Shown here piece by piece: positions 36,204 through 45,668 of a stretch of DNA of 64,000 nucleotides (positions are counted from its first letter, which is position 1; each line of letters opens with the position of its first letter). A program made the position numbers and the translations under genes. Under the pieces are notes generated by a model. The model had not been told where the DNA came from, searched no databases, and saw only the letters and a list, made by a program, of their open reading frames with translations. Source of the DNA: a virus; IMG/VR virus record IMGVR_UViG_3300021091_005099, positions 49,994 to 113,993 of that record. The stretch is one strand, 5' to 3'.

Positions 36204-36785
36204 CTAATGATTATATAATATCTTGGTAACGGAGCCCGCGGTCATGCTGGTGCACTTGGCTCTGACCCAGACGAAGTTACCCGTGAAGTTCTTGCTGTCA
36301 ACCAATGTGCTCTGGTCCGCTGTGAAAGTGGTGCCGGATATGTCAAAATAATCATCCTCTGTGGGCGTGGTGGCCAGCGATCCCTGCATTTTTATGGATC
36401 CGGTCATGGTGCTGTTGACGTGGTATGCCACTGTGTGCACCCCGTCCACCTGTGAGTAGTAGCCATCTCCCTGATGTTTGTCGGTTACGAAACCAATGTA
36501 ATCCAAAGATACTGACGCACCCGCTGCTTCTGTCGTTGTAGATTCCTCAACCACAAGGTGAGATCCATTTGATGCTTTGCTCTTGACGGTGAATGTCTTG
36601 TTGTTGTTGGTCGTGCCAGTCACAGTGATTAGGTCAAATTTTTCAAAGCCACCAAGCGAGGTTGTAGTGGTGTTGCTGGAATTAATTTTGTATTCTGTGC
36701 CTGTCTGTGAGAAACTGATCACAGTGCCAGTGATTGTGGCCTTGTGTGCGGTTGCGCTGCGTATGGTTGTGCTTGTCTGTGCCAT
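36204..36785 (-). CDS. Thr-rich virion structural protein
   Basis: Beta-rich, Thr/Ser-rich, NFTGNFVWVRA; late promoter. Confidence 0.6.
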   Translation of the reverse strand: MAQTSTTIRSATAHKATITGTVISFSQTGTEYKINSSNTTTTSLGGFEKFDLITVTGTTNNNKTFTVKSKASNGSHLVVEESTTTEAAGASVSLDYIGFVTDKHQGDGYYSQVDGVHTVAYHVNSTMTGSIKMQGSLATTPTEDDYFDISGTTFTADQSTLVDSKNFTGNFVWVRAKCTSMTAGSVTKILYNH

Positions 36786-36790
36786 GGCAG

Positions 36791-37099
36791 TTATTTATGG
36801 CGTTTTTCTTTTTGGAATCTGCTTGTTTTTGGACCAAGGTTGTACACAGCGGCCAGGTCCTGCGGTCGCATGCCGTCTATGGTTATAATGTCGTAGTACA
36901 TGATCTTCCTGAATGGAACTACCGCGGCGTAGTCATATTCTTCGTCTGCTATGCAATGGTCGCTGTGAAGTTCTCTAATTCTCATGGAGGCCTTGACCTG
37001 TATGGGAGTGCCCATGTGATGCTTATCAATCATAGTTTCTATGATGGTGCCCACTTTAAAAATGTTACGGTCCCTTAATTTTAGTATCACTTCTATCAT
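36791..37099 (-). CDS. hypothetical protein
   Basis: 102-aa ORF. Confidence 0.65.
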   Translation of the reverse strand: MIEVILKLRDRNIFKVGTIIETMIDKHHMGTPIQVKASMRIRELHSDHCIADEEYDYAAVVPFRKIMYYDIITIDGMRPQDLAAVYNLGPKTSRFQKEKRHK

Positions 37100-37773
37100 T
37101 TAGAGACCTTGACAAACTTTATAACCTTTTCCACCGCATGTTGCGCCATCATGTATATGGGGGTAAGCAATTTTTCATTTCTCACATAGAAATATCCTTG
37201 CCAGCCATATTCGCTATGGCCCTGCAGGTATTCTTTTACATACCTGGTAGTGATCACACAATTTTCAGGATTTTGTGTGAGATATCTAAATAGATTTTCG
37301 CGCTGGTGAGGTTTTAATATTTTATGCACATTCTTTTTAAGATGAACTTGATATTCATACTTGCCCAGAGGCAATCTCTTGCACAGGACTGAATTTTTAT
37401 CAAGAAGATAAGATTTGTCCTCAGGCACGGCGTCCGCGCTGCACCACTCGTCCCAAAATACAGATACGAGATCTTTGGCCATCTCCTCGCAGCAGTAGAA
37501 TATTGTGTCAACGTTCTGTATTCTAAACTTCATTTTATCTCGGTTGTGCAGTATACATGAGGCCAATTTTTTTATTTTTTGACTATGTTTCCCAAATTGA
37601 ATCCATTTATTTTGTCTTAGAGCGCCCGCTGATTTGAAATCATCATCATTGTGATCCAATATTGTTTTGAGATGTTGATCCGTGGTGGGATATAGGTAAC
37701 AGGCCCAGGGCATACGGAACGCCACTTTGTGAGAGTATCTCCCAAAATATAATCTATTGTGATGTTTCCGCAT
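37096..37773 (-). CDS. hypothetical protein
   Basis: ORF overlapping the clpA 3' end; likely start MRKHHNRLY. Confidence 0.65.
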   Translation of the reverse strand: MRKHHNRLYFGRYSHKVAFRMPWACYLYPTTDQHLKTILDHNDDDFKSAGALRQNKWIQFGKHSQKIKKLASCILHNRDKMKFRIQNVDTIFYCCEEMAKDLVSVFWDEWCSADAVPEDKSYLLDKNSVLCKRLPLGKYEYQVHLKKNVHKILKPHQRENLFRYLTQNPENCVITTRYVKEYLQGHSEYGWQGYFYVRNEKLLTPIYMMAQHAVEKVIKFVKVSK

Positions 37774-40063
37774 CAGCCTGTTGTGTTTGCGCATTGGTTT
37801 CCAGCTGTGGTTTTTTATATTCCAATGCGATCTTTTCCTCTTTTATGGTGACTTCAACTCTGCCACCATCTAATAATTCTCCAAACAGTATCATCTTGGA
37901 CAGCGGTTTCTTGATCTCATCATCGATAATCCTCGCCAGTGGACGGGCGCCCAGCTTGTCATCGAAGCCCTTGTTTACCAAGTACTCGATGGCGTCCTCA
38001 GAGGCATTGACCTCGACTCGTTTCTCCAAGGTCATCGTGTTGAGCTCCAATAAGAACTTGTTAACTATCTTCTTCATGGTCTCTTTCTCCAGCTTCCTGA
38101 ACTTGATCACTGCGTCCAACCTGTTCCTGAACTCCGGCGCGAAGAATCTTTTCACAGCGTCATCGTCGTCGGTCCTTTGCTGCTCGCCAAATCCCAGATT
38201 GGCTCTCTCCATCTCTTCCGCTCCAAGGTTGGAGGTAAGAATTAAAATTATGTTTCTACAGTCAGCTTTTTTTCCATTGCTGCCTGTCACAGTGCCATAG
38301 TCCATGACCTGTAGCAGCATGTTGCTGACGTCCGTGTGCGCTTTTTCCACTTCATCGAACAGCACCACCGCGTGAGGCTGTTTCTCGATCTCATTGATGA
38401 ACATGCCGCCGCCCATCTGCGCATCTTCGTAGCCCACATATCCTGGAGGCGATCCTATCAATTTGGCTATGGAATGCTTCTCTTGGTACTCGCTCATGTC
38501 AAATCTTATCAACTGTGTGCCCAGCGTGGTGGCCAATGTTCTTGCTGTTTCGGTCTTACCACAACCAGTTGGTCCTATGAACAGGAATGATCCCACGGGC
38601 TTGTTTAGGCTCTTCAGCCCGGCCCTGCTTATCAATATTTTATCAATCACTTTGTTTAATGCTTCATCTTGTCCGAACACCTGCAGCTTCATCTTGCTCT
38701 CCAGCGTTTCTAAGTTCGCGGCCTGTTTCTGGCTCAACTGCTCTATGCTGATGCCGGTGAGTTTGCTGATCTCGTGTATGATCTCGTCATGGTCAATGCG
38801 GCCATCTTTGACTCCTTTTAATCTCAAACGCGCGCAGGCAGAATCTACTACATCTATAGCCTTATCTGGTAATTTTTTATCCGCTATGAATTTGGATGAA
38901 TATTCCACTGCGTCTTCACACGCCTCGTCGGTGATGGTGCAACCATGGAACTTCTCATAGTATTGCTTGATGCCTTTCAATATCTTGACACAGACCTCCT
39001 GTGTGGGCTCTCCGATCTGCAGCCTCTGGAACCTCCTCATCAGTGCTCGATCCTTCTCAAAGAATTTCCTGTACTCTTCCCACGTGGTGGAAGCTATGAC
39101 CTTGATGTTGCCTTTCATCAAGACCGGTTTCATCATGTTGGCCAGGTCCATGCCACCCTGTCCTGTGGTCCCGGCGCCCACCATCATGTGTGCCTCATCG
39201 ATGAACAAGATAGCATTGCCTTTTTGGTCCAGCGCGTTAAGCACAAGTTTCAATCTCTCTTCAAAGTCTCCTCGAAACTTGCTGCCCGCGATCATGCTGG
39301 CCACGTCCAAACTAAACACAATGTTGCCTTTGAGATACTCTGGCACGTCATCCTTGTTCTTGGCGATCCTTCTTGCTAGGCCTTCCACTATGGCGGTCTT
39401 ACCCACGCCTGGATCACCCACCAGCAGCACATTGTTCTTGTTTCTGCGAGCAAGAATCTGTTTCAGCACTTCTAGATCATCATCTCGGCCAATAACTGGA
39501 TCTATCTTTTTATCAAAATATTTCTGGTTAAGATTCTCGCAATAATTTTTCAATACCTTGTCCGCCTGATTAGGCCTTAATTTTTGTTCTGGATTCACAG
39601 TGGCTCCCATACCTGAGTCTTCCAGGATAGTTTCCGCCGATATTAGATCTTGCAAATCATCTTTATTAATTTTATGTGTTTTTAAAAAGAAAGCACCATA
39701 GCTCTTCTTCTCAGCGAATATGCTCAGCAGCACGTCTATCGCGGTGACGCTCTGCCTGCCCTGGAACAGGGCCTGTGTGAATGCTCTGTTCATCAGCCGT
39801 TCTAAACTTGCAGTCTTTCTGGGAGCCACTGGATTGGTTCCCTTGCTCACTATGTCCGCACACTTTGTATCCAGATAATTTTCTATATCAAGAATTAGCG
39901 CACCCACATTGGTTTTTAGATCCGCCAACATAGTGCCCACTTCCTTGTCCTTGATCAATGACAACAGCAGATGTTCTATGGTCACGTATTCGTGTCGTCG
40001 CTTCTCGGCCTCTTTGACCGAGTTTTCAAAAATATTTTCAAGTGATTCGTTGGCTTCTAACAT
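37754..40063 (-). CDS. clpA: ATP-dependent Clp protease ATP-binding subunit
   Basis: Clp N-domain (HEYVTIEHLLL), AAA1 GDPGVGKT/FIDEAH, AAA2 GPTGCGKT/LFDEVEKAH, no ClpB middle domain, LGF ClpP-docking loop. Confidence 0.92.
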   Translation of the reverse strand: MLEANESLENIFENSVKEAEKRRHEYVTIEHLLLSLIKDKEVGTMLADLKTNVGALILDIENYLDTKCADIVSKGTNPVAPRKTASLERLMNRAFTQALFQGRQSVTAIDVLLSIFAEKKSYGAFFLKTHKINKDDLQDLISAETILEDSGMGATVNPEQKLRPNQADKVLKNYCENLNQKYFDKKIDPVIGRDDDLEVLKQILARRNKNNVLLVGDPGVGKTAIVEGLARRIAKNKDDVPEYLKGNIVFSLDVASMIAGSKFRGDFEERLKLVLNALDQKGNAILFIDEAHMMVGAGTTGQGGMDLANMMKPVLMKGNIKVIASTTWEEYRKFFEKDRALMRRFQRLQIGEPTQEVCVKILKGIKQYYEKFHGCTITDEACEDAVEYSSKFIADKKLPDKAIDVVDSACARLRLKGVKDGRIDHDEIIHEISKLTGISIEQLSQKQAANLETLESKMKLQVFGQDEALNKVIDKILISRAGLKSLNKPVGSFLFIGPTGCGKTETARTLATTLGTQLIRFDMSEYQEKHSIAKLIGSPPGYVGYEDAQMGGGMFINEIEKQPHAVVLFDEVEKAHTDVSNMLLQVMDYGTVTGSNGKKADCRNIILILTSNLGAEEMERANLGFGEQQRTDDDDAVKRFFAPEFRNRLDAVIKFRKLEKETMKKIVNKFLLELNTMTLEKRVEVNASEDAIEYLVNKGFDDKLGARPLARIIDDEIKKPLSKMILFGELLDGGRVEVTIKEEKIALEYKKPQLETNAQTQQADAETSQ

Positions 40064-40066
40064 AGT

Positions 40067-40543
40067 CTATCTTTTTCTGCGTGCTCTTTGGTCGAAAGTG
40101 ATTCCATTGATGTGGTCGAGCTCGTGCTGAAAACATCTGGCTTCTAATCCTTCTAAAATTGACAACAATAATTCTCCTTTGCCGTTTTGATATCTCACCT
40201 TCACGGTGCGTGATCTGCTGATCTCAAGCAACATGCCCGGGAAACTGAGACATCCCTCCTGTGCGATTTCGCGTTTGTCGTCCGCATGAACCAGCACTGG
40301 ATTATAAATTATAGCAGGTTTTTTGAAAACGTCAAATGACTCGTGCCCCATGGCAAAGAATCTTTTGGTAATTCCAATCTGATTTGCGGCTAGACCCATG
40401 CCTTGGCTGTGTGTCATGAGATGTATCACGTCTCTCTCGAATAACTCCAGTGAGGAATATCCCAATGGTATTTCATCAAAATTAAATTCTGTGCTGGCCG
40501 TGTGCAGTGTGTGATACGAATTAGTGTAGATACTTAGATTCAT
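40067..40543 (-). CDS. def: peptide deformylase
   Basis: GMGLAANQIG, EGCLS, QHELDH. Confidence 0.92.
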   Translation of the reverse strand: MNLSIYTNSYHTLHTASTEFNFDEIPLGYSSLELFERDVIHLMTHSQGMGLAANQIGITKRFFAMGHESFDVFKKPAIIYNPVLVHADDKREIAQEGCLSFPGMLLEISRSRTVKVRYQNGKGELLLSILEGLEARCFQHELDHINGITFDQRARRKR

Positions 40544-40570
40544 TTTACGTGTGCGTAGATAAAAATTTTC

Positions 40571-41422
40571 TTATAAATTTTTAATCTTGTCTAGATCCCT
40601 TTCATTTAGTCGTGGTATAGATATGTTTATGTTAATGTACATGTTTCCTTTGATATTTAAGGTCTCATGGACCGGCATACCCTGTCCCTTCAACATGATA
40701 GTGTTGCCCGGCTGAGTCGCTGCCGGGACCTTCACGTTTAAAATCCTATCATCCAATGTTCTTATTTGAAATTCCATGCCTCTCATGGCTTCGAAACAAC
40801 TTATGGTTTTATCTGTATAGAGATCATTTCCTTTCCTGGTGTATCCATCGCTGTCCAACACCTGCACGTTGCACAGCAGATCTCCACGTTGTAAATTTTT
40901 ATCGGTGTCATCGCCCAGTCCCCTGTACTTGAACACGGCGCCGTTTTGCACACCGGCGGGTATCTTCAAATGTACAATCTCATCTCGGCCCGACGGCAAT
41001 CGTACACTGACAGTCTTCTCGCAGGCATGATACACTTCCTTTATAGACAATGATATCCTGATGTTCACTGACTGATTTGTGCGTGGCCGATTCCTATAAA
41101 CCCGTGTCTGACCCCGTCCGGGAGCGAATCCAAATCCAGAGAAGAAGTCCTGGAAAATATCCTCGCTGAAGAAATCGCTGCTGTTGTAGTTGAAGCCCGA
41201 ACCCGATCCACCTGACCTCTGGCCGTAGCGCCGGATGGCGTCGTATTCCTGACGCTTGTCCCGTGACTTCAGAGTGTCATAGGCCTCGTTAATGTCCTTG
41301 AATTTCTTTTCGTCGCCGCCCCTGTCGGGGTGATGCTTCTTGGCCAGGACTTTGAAGGCTTCTTTGATCTCCTTGTCAGATGCTGACTCGGCCACACCCA
41401 GGGTGTCATAAAAATTCTTCAT
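40571..41422 (-). CDS. DnaJ/CbpA-type co-chaperone (no zinc finger)
   Basis: J domain with HPD, G/F-rich linker, C-terminal DnaJ domains; TTGACA-N16-TAAACT promoter. Confidence 0.88.
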   Translation of the reverse strand: MKNFYDTLGVAESASDKEIKEAFKVLAKKHHPDRGGDEKKFKDINEAYDTLKSRDKRQEYDAIRRYGQRSGGSGSGFNYNSSDFFSEDIFQDFFSGFGFAPGRGQTRVYRNRPRTNQSVNIRISLSIKEVYHACEKTVSVRLPSGRDEIVHLKIPAGVQNGAVFKYRGLGDDTDKNLQRGDLLCNVQVLDSDGYTRKGNDLYTDKTISCFEAMRGMEFQIRTLDDRILNVKVPAATQPGNTIMLKGQGMPVHETLNIKGNMYININISIPRLNERDLDKIKNL

Positions 41423-41468
41423 CTGTATAAGTTTACTACGGATTTAGTATCTGTCAATGCTTTGGTAA

Positions 41469-41798
41469 TTACAGAACTGGGTCTTCCGTCTTGGCAGGTT
41501 TTCTGGCACCAAACACGGGAGCGTTACCATTGGATGTGGTCGTAGCAATCTTTTCTTGAGATCTGCCATATGCTGATAAGCCCAACACTGCTCCCATAGC
41601 GATATGGAAGAAGCCAGCACCCTGTAGTGTCAGGGGACTCCATTGGGTGAAAACGATGGTTTTCAAGTAAGTGGCCTGCGCCAGGTTCCACAATATGGGG
41701 AATATCACGAAGTCAAAGGCACAGATGCCCATGTACAACCAGCCCATGGCCGGCCTCCAGCGCTTCTGCATCCAATCTTCTTTTTTTATCTCGCTCAT
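41469..41798 (-). CDS. holin (3TM/GTA-type)
   Basis: KRWRPAMGW, hydrophobic segments, GAVLGLSAYGRSQEK; near spanins. Confidence 0.72.
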   Translation of the reverse strand: MSEIKKEDWMQKRWRPAMGWLYMGICAFDFVIFPILWNLAQATYLKTIVFTQWSPLTLQGAGFFHIAMGAVLGLSAYGRSQEKIATTTSNGNAPVFGARKPAKTEDPVL

Positions 41799-41806
41799 GT
41801 CAACTC

Positions 41807-42046
41807 CTATATAAATTTCATTAAACTTTTCACCGCGCCCACCAGTGCGTTCTTAACTACCATGTCATCGGCCTCGGCGTCCAATTTGTCTGTCCTGATC
41901 AGGTCCTGCATGAGCTCTTGGTACTCGTCCTGGCTCAGCTCTCCCGCCTTGTATTGGTCCGCGAACTGCAATGCCATCTGTGCCCGCTCCTCTGCCCAGC
42001 TCTTGCCGCAACCAACCAGACTTTTTAGCTCATCATATCCTACCAT
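41807..42046 (-). CDS. hypothetical protein
   Basis: 79-aa ORF. Confidence 0.65.
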   Translation of the reverse strand: MVGYDELKSLVGCGKSWAEERAQMALQFADQYKAGELSQDEYQELMQDLIRTDKLDAEADDMVVKNALVGAVKSLMKFI

Positions 42047-42429
42047 CTGTCTAACACTCCCTGTGCTGCTTTATATGCCTGCGCCTGCATCACTTTCTTC
42101 TTGCCATCGCAGTAGGCCCTGCTGCCTTCCTTCTCCAGGCTCCTCTTGAGGAAATCCTCATTGGTCTCCTGCAGCGGCCTGATCAGCGCCCTGACGTCGT
42201 TCTGCATCATGCCCTTGCTCTCTGAGTAAAGGTCGAACCATTGCAGGTCTTCCTTGATGGCTCTGGCCTGTGGGGCGTGTGGCCTGCCGCAGTCGATGTT
42301 CTCCACCAGCTGCCGCACGTCTATGATCTTCTTGGCCTGATTGTCATCCCAGAAGCTGGGTATGTAGCTGTGCAAGGCGCAGCCCTGCAGAACTATGAAA
42401 GTGCCTACGAACAACGCTGTTCTGATCAT
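42040..42429 (-). CDS. lipoprotein
   Basis: MIRTALFVGTFIVLQGC lipobox; TAAATA 5 nt before ATG 42429. Confidence 0.7.
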   Translation of the reverse strand: MIRTALFVGTFIVLQGCALHSYIPSFWDDNQAKKIIDVRQLVENIDCGRPHAPQARAIKEDLQWFDLYSESKGMMQNDVRALIRPLQETNEDFLKRSLEKEGSRAYCDGKKKVMQAQAYKAAQGVLDRW

Positions 42430-42453
42430 GCAACTATTTACCAAAATAGCAGC

Positions 42454-42855
42454 CTATTTTTCTTTCAGTATGTATTTGATGGGATATTCCGCCTTGACCT
42501 TGACACGCTTCTTGGTTTGGCTGTCTTGATACTGTATCAGGTTGGGCGCAATCTCCACGAAGTCATCCACGTGAACAGTGGTCAGCACGCCGTCCTGCCA
42601 GTAGGTCAGCTCGGATGGCACCTTCTTGAACAGGTCATACACCGCACAGCACAGCCATCTGGCGCCGCTATAGATCCACTTGGCGCTGCCCCAAATGATG
42701 GTCTTTATCAGCACGTTCCAGGTGAACAAAATGATCCAGGTGAACATGGAGACCAGGAGATCAATTGCCAGCTCGCTGAACCAGCGCAGTCCCGCAAGTG
42801 CGGACTTACTTCTTTCCGTCAGCTGGCTGATTATCTTTTTTGACAGTTCCTTCAT
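42454..42855 (-). CDS. membrane protein
   Basis: Trp-rich hydrophobic segment. Confidence 0.55.
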   Translation of the reverse strand: MKELSKKIISQLTERSKSALAGLRWFSELAIDLLVSMFTWIILFTWNVLIKTIIWGSAKWIYSGARWLCCAVYDLFKKVPSELTYWQDGVLTTVHVDDFVEIAPNLIQYQDSQTKKRVKVKAEYPIKYILKEK

Positions 42856-43189
42856 AGTACTCCTTGTAGCGCTCCAGTATGTCCTGCGTCTGTTTCAGGG
42901 TGCTGCGTATCTGTGCGAAGTTCTTGGCCAGCAGCTCATAGTCCTCGTCGCTGAGACCAAACAGCACAGGATCCAATCCTTCTGCCTTCATCTTGGCGAA
43001 CACTTCCTGGGCGTTGTTGCTGGTGATCACGATCCATCTCAGTTTCTCCATTTCCTCCAGCGTTGGTGTCTTGAGGTTCAGTTTCTCCCTGGGCTGTTCC
43101 TGTGTGAATATCTTGATGGCCTTCTCTCCCAGCAGGCCGCAGCCGTTGAGGAACAGGCACAGGGTGATTGCAACCAATAGTTTACTCAT
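42806..43189 (-). CDS. o-spanin (Rz1-like lipoprotein)
   Basis: Lipobox LNGC; immediately downstream of a TM/coiled-coil gene. Confidence 0.65.
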   Translation of the reverse strand: MSKLLVAITLCLFLNGCGLLGEKAIKIFTQEQPREKLNLKTPTLEEMEKLRWIVITSNNAQEVFAKMKAEGLDPVLFGLSDEDYELLAKNFAQIRSTLKQTQDILERYKEYYEGTVKKDNQPADGKK

Positions 43190-43667
43190 TGTATGGCCTG
43201 TAGTTGGGGTTGGCTATGGCAGGGCATTCGGAATTGATCTCCGATTTCTTGGTGGCCTTGATCTCTGCTTCTGTGAGCTTGGCTCCGCCCGCGATCTCCA
43301 CGCATCTCAAAGCCCTGTCTGAGGCCTTGTTCACGATCCTCTCCATGGCATCGGGTCTCTCAAGTGCTGTCTTGCCAAGATCACGTGTGCCCTTGTTGAA
43401 TCTCTTGTCCAGGTCGTCTATGTCCTTCTTGAGATTGCCCACCAGCTTGTTGACCTCTTGGTTGGCCTTCATGATGGCCTCAAAATCCTTCTTCTGCTGC
43501 TCTATGTACTTGGCCTGTGCCTCCAGGGCCTGTTCCATCTTGACCTGATTGCCCTTGAGCGTGGCGTTGTCCGCTTTAAGTTTGTACACGTAGCTGACCC
43601 CGCCCGACAGTCCTATAACCATGACAATGGTAAAGATCATTTTTACTGATCCAAATAATCCAAACAT
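43182..43667 (-). CDS. i-spanin (Rz-like)
   Basis: N-terminal TM followed by a long coiled coil; late promoter. Confidence 0.65.
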   Translation of the reverse strand: MFGLFGSVKMIFTIVMVIGLSGGVSYVYKLKADNATLKGNQVKMEQALEAQAKYIEQQKKDFEAIMKANQEVNKLVGNLKKDIDDLDKRFNKGTRDLGKTALERPDAMERIVNKASDRALRCVEIAGGAKLTEAEIKATKKSEINSECPAIANPNYRPYNE

Positions 43668-43672
43668 ATTGT

Positions 43673-43704
43673 TATTTATCGCAATTATATACCCATATTA
43701 AATA
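43673..43704. promoter_or_regulatory. back-to-back TAAATA late promoters
   Basis: TAAATA on minus (43673-43678, 5 nt before ATG 43667) and plus (43699-43704, 6 nt before ATG 43711). Confidence 0.6.
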
Positions 43705-43710
43705 ACACTG

Positions 43711-44385
43711 ATGATGCAACGTCCCGAACTTGAAATGCTGAAAAACTCCGGCTATGCATGGAGCAATCCTTTTGACATCATGAAGATATTTGAAGAGAAG
43801 ATGTCAAATTACACAGGTGCTCCTTACGTCACAGTCACTGATTGTTGCACTCATGCCTTGGAATTGTGCCTCAGATACAAACAATTGCAGGGGGAAAGCA
43901 TACCAGAGATCGTGTTGCCCGCCCGCACCTATGTGAGTGTGCCCATGATGTTGAAAAAATTGGGCATAGGTTATAAATTCAAAGATCAGCAATGGCGAGG
44001 ATATCATTACCTTGAACCCACCAATGTGGTTGACATGGCAGTGAGATTTAACAAAGATTGTTTTATTACCGGCAGTCATTGTTGCATCAGTTTTGGCAAT
44101 AGGAAAGTATTGAAAATCAACAGGGGTGGGGCCATACTTACAGATGATCCCATTGCTCATGAGTATTTCCAATTGGCGAGAGCGGACGGGAGAAATTTTG
44201 ATTTGATTCCTTGGGAGACACAAAGAAGTTATGATGTGTTAGGATACCACTACAATCTTTCTTTGGATGACTGTGCCAGGGGAATATTACTCATGGACGA
44301 ACATGCCAAACACGGTCCTGTGAACGCCGATGCCATGGACAGCGGTGATTATCCAGATCTCAGAGAAATCAGTTTGAATTTTTAA
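43711..44385 (+). CDS. DegT/DnrJ/EryC1/StrS PLP aminotransferase (short form)
   Basis: FEEKM..Y.G, TDCCTHALELCL, TYVSVP, SFGNRK (PLP lysine), GGAILTDD, GYHYNL. Confidence 0.82.
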   Translation: MMQRPELEMLKNSGYAWSNPFDIMKIFEEKMSNYTGAPYVTVTDCCTHALELCLRYKQLQGESIPEIVLPARTYVSVPMMLKKLGIGYKFKDQQWRGYHYLEPTNVVDMAVRFNKDCFITGSHCCISFGNRKVLKINRGGAILTDDPIAHEYFQLARADGRNFDLIPWETQRSYDVLGYHYNLSLDDCARGILLMDEHAKHGPVNADAMDSGDYPDLREISLNF

Positions 44386-45129
44386 TTACCACTTGTATTT
44401 GCTAACCAGAGCAGATTCTCCGCCTTTGGAGAATATGAACTTATCCTCGTAGGTCTTGGTGATGTTGTAAGGTCCAAAATATTTGGTGAGAAACAGGCAT
44501 TCTGACATGCTGTGGGTGTCTATTTTAAATGCTCTGGTTTCTTTCAATATGTCATTGGTATTGCCATACGCATGCAGTTCAAATTTTAATTCTTCTTGTG
44601 AACCTCTTTTTTTAACGGCAATGATATTTTTATCCAACTTGAACTCCAACAATTGGAATTTGTCAAAGAATGTGTTTACTTCGCCCAATCTCATGCTGTG
44701 TGTTTTTATCTTATAGGCTTCCGGGGTCAGCGGGATTACAGAAGATAAATTAGCTCTGCTGGCTTCAAATGGCACAGATCTCTTGTGATATGTGAATTCA
44801 AATGTTTTGATATTGGTTAATTTTTTAAGATCATCTAGAAATTCTGCAATATATTGATCTAATTTTTCTTCTCGTGGAAATTCTATGAATACCCTGTGCT
44901 TGCCGTCATCCATTGTGCCTGGAGTGGCATCCGCGTCCAGCACTTTTTTGTAGCCTTTTTCCGCAAAATTTTCCAGATCCTTGGCGCCCGCGGCTCCCGA
45001 GCAAATAAAGGCGAGCACACAGATGTCCTTGTCATCGCCCATCTTGCTCTTGTATTGATCCACGGAGAAACGTTTCTCCACTATGCCGTCGAGATCACCT
45101 GCCTTGAGCCCTTCGTTAACCTGTCGCAT
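44386..45129 (-). CDS. conserved phage hypothetical protein
   Basis: 247-aa ORF starting MRQVNEGL. Confidence 0.7.
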   Translation of the reverse strand: MRQVNEGLKAGDLDGIVEKRFSVDQYKSKMGDDKDICVLAFICSGAAGAKDLENFAEKGYKKVLDADATPGTMDDGKHRVFIEFPREEKLDQYIAEFLDDLKKLTNIKTFEFTYHKRSVPFEASRANLSSVIPLTPEAYKIKTHSMRLGEVNTFFDKFQLLEFKLDKNIIAVKKRGSQEELKFELHAYGNTNDILKETRAFKIDTHSMSECLFLTKYFGPYNITKTYEDKFIFSKGGESALVSKYKW

Positions 45130-45586
45130 TTGCCGCGTCCTGTGCTGCTTGATAATCCATGGTGGTTTCTATATCCTGGCCGTGTTTGAAATTGCCGATC
45201 AGTTCCTTGGGCATACGGATGTTGACCACCCATATGGCATGACCATCTATCCGACCCTTGGTGGTGCCGGGCCTGTAGTCTTCTGGTCCCTTTATTGGTC
45301 TTGGTTTGAACAGCGTATCTTTCTGATAGGTCACTTTGCAACCGTGATCCAACAATCGTTTTCCGCCCGCCGGATCTGGCATTTGCTCCATGGGCCACAT
45401 GAAAGAACACTCCACAAAATGTCTATGATCAATAGGACCTGTCAATAATTCACCTTCCGACCAATTTTTGAACACATAGACGTCTAATTCGTCTACCACT
45501 CTTTCAAAATCTTTTAGTATGCCCAGGGTGGGTGTTAAGGAATAGAGTCCTTGTACGTTGCGGATTACATCTAATACGTCATGCAT
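45116..45586 (-). CDS. conserved phage hypothetical protein
   Basis: Start MHDVLD 7 nt after TAAATA. Confidence 0.7.
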   Translation of the reverse strand: MHDVLDVIRNVQGLYSLTPTLGILKDFERVVDELDVYVFKNWSEGELLTGPIDHRHFVECSFMWPMEQMPDPAGGKRLLDHGCKVTYQKDTLFKPRPIKGPEDYRPGTTKGRIDGHAIWVVNIRMPKELIGNFKHGQDIETTMDYQAAQDAANATG

Positions 45587-45668
45587 GGTTTTGTATTTAT
45601 GCATAAACGCGACGTCATGATTTATGCTCAGATATCTTTTGTGGTAAAGTGGTAAGTAATTTTGTATA

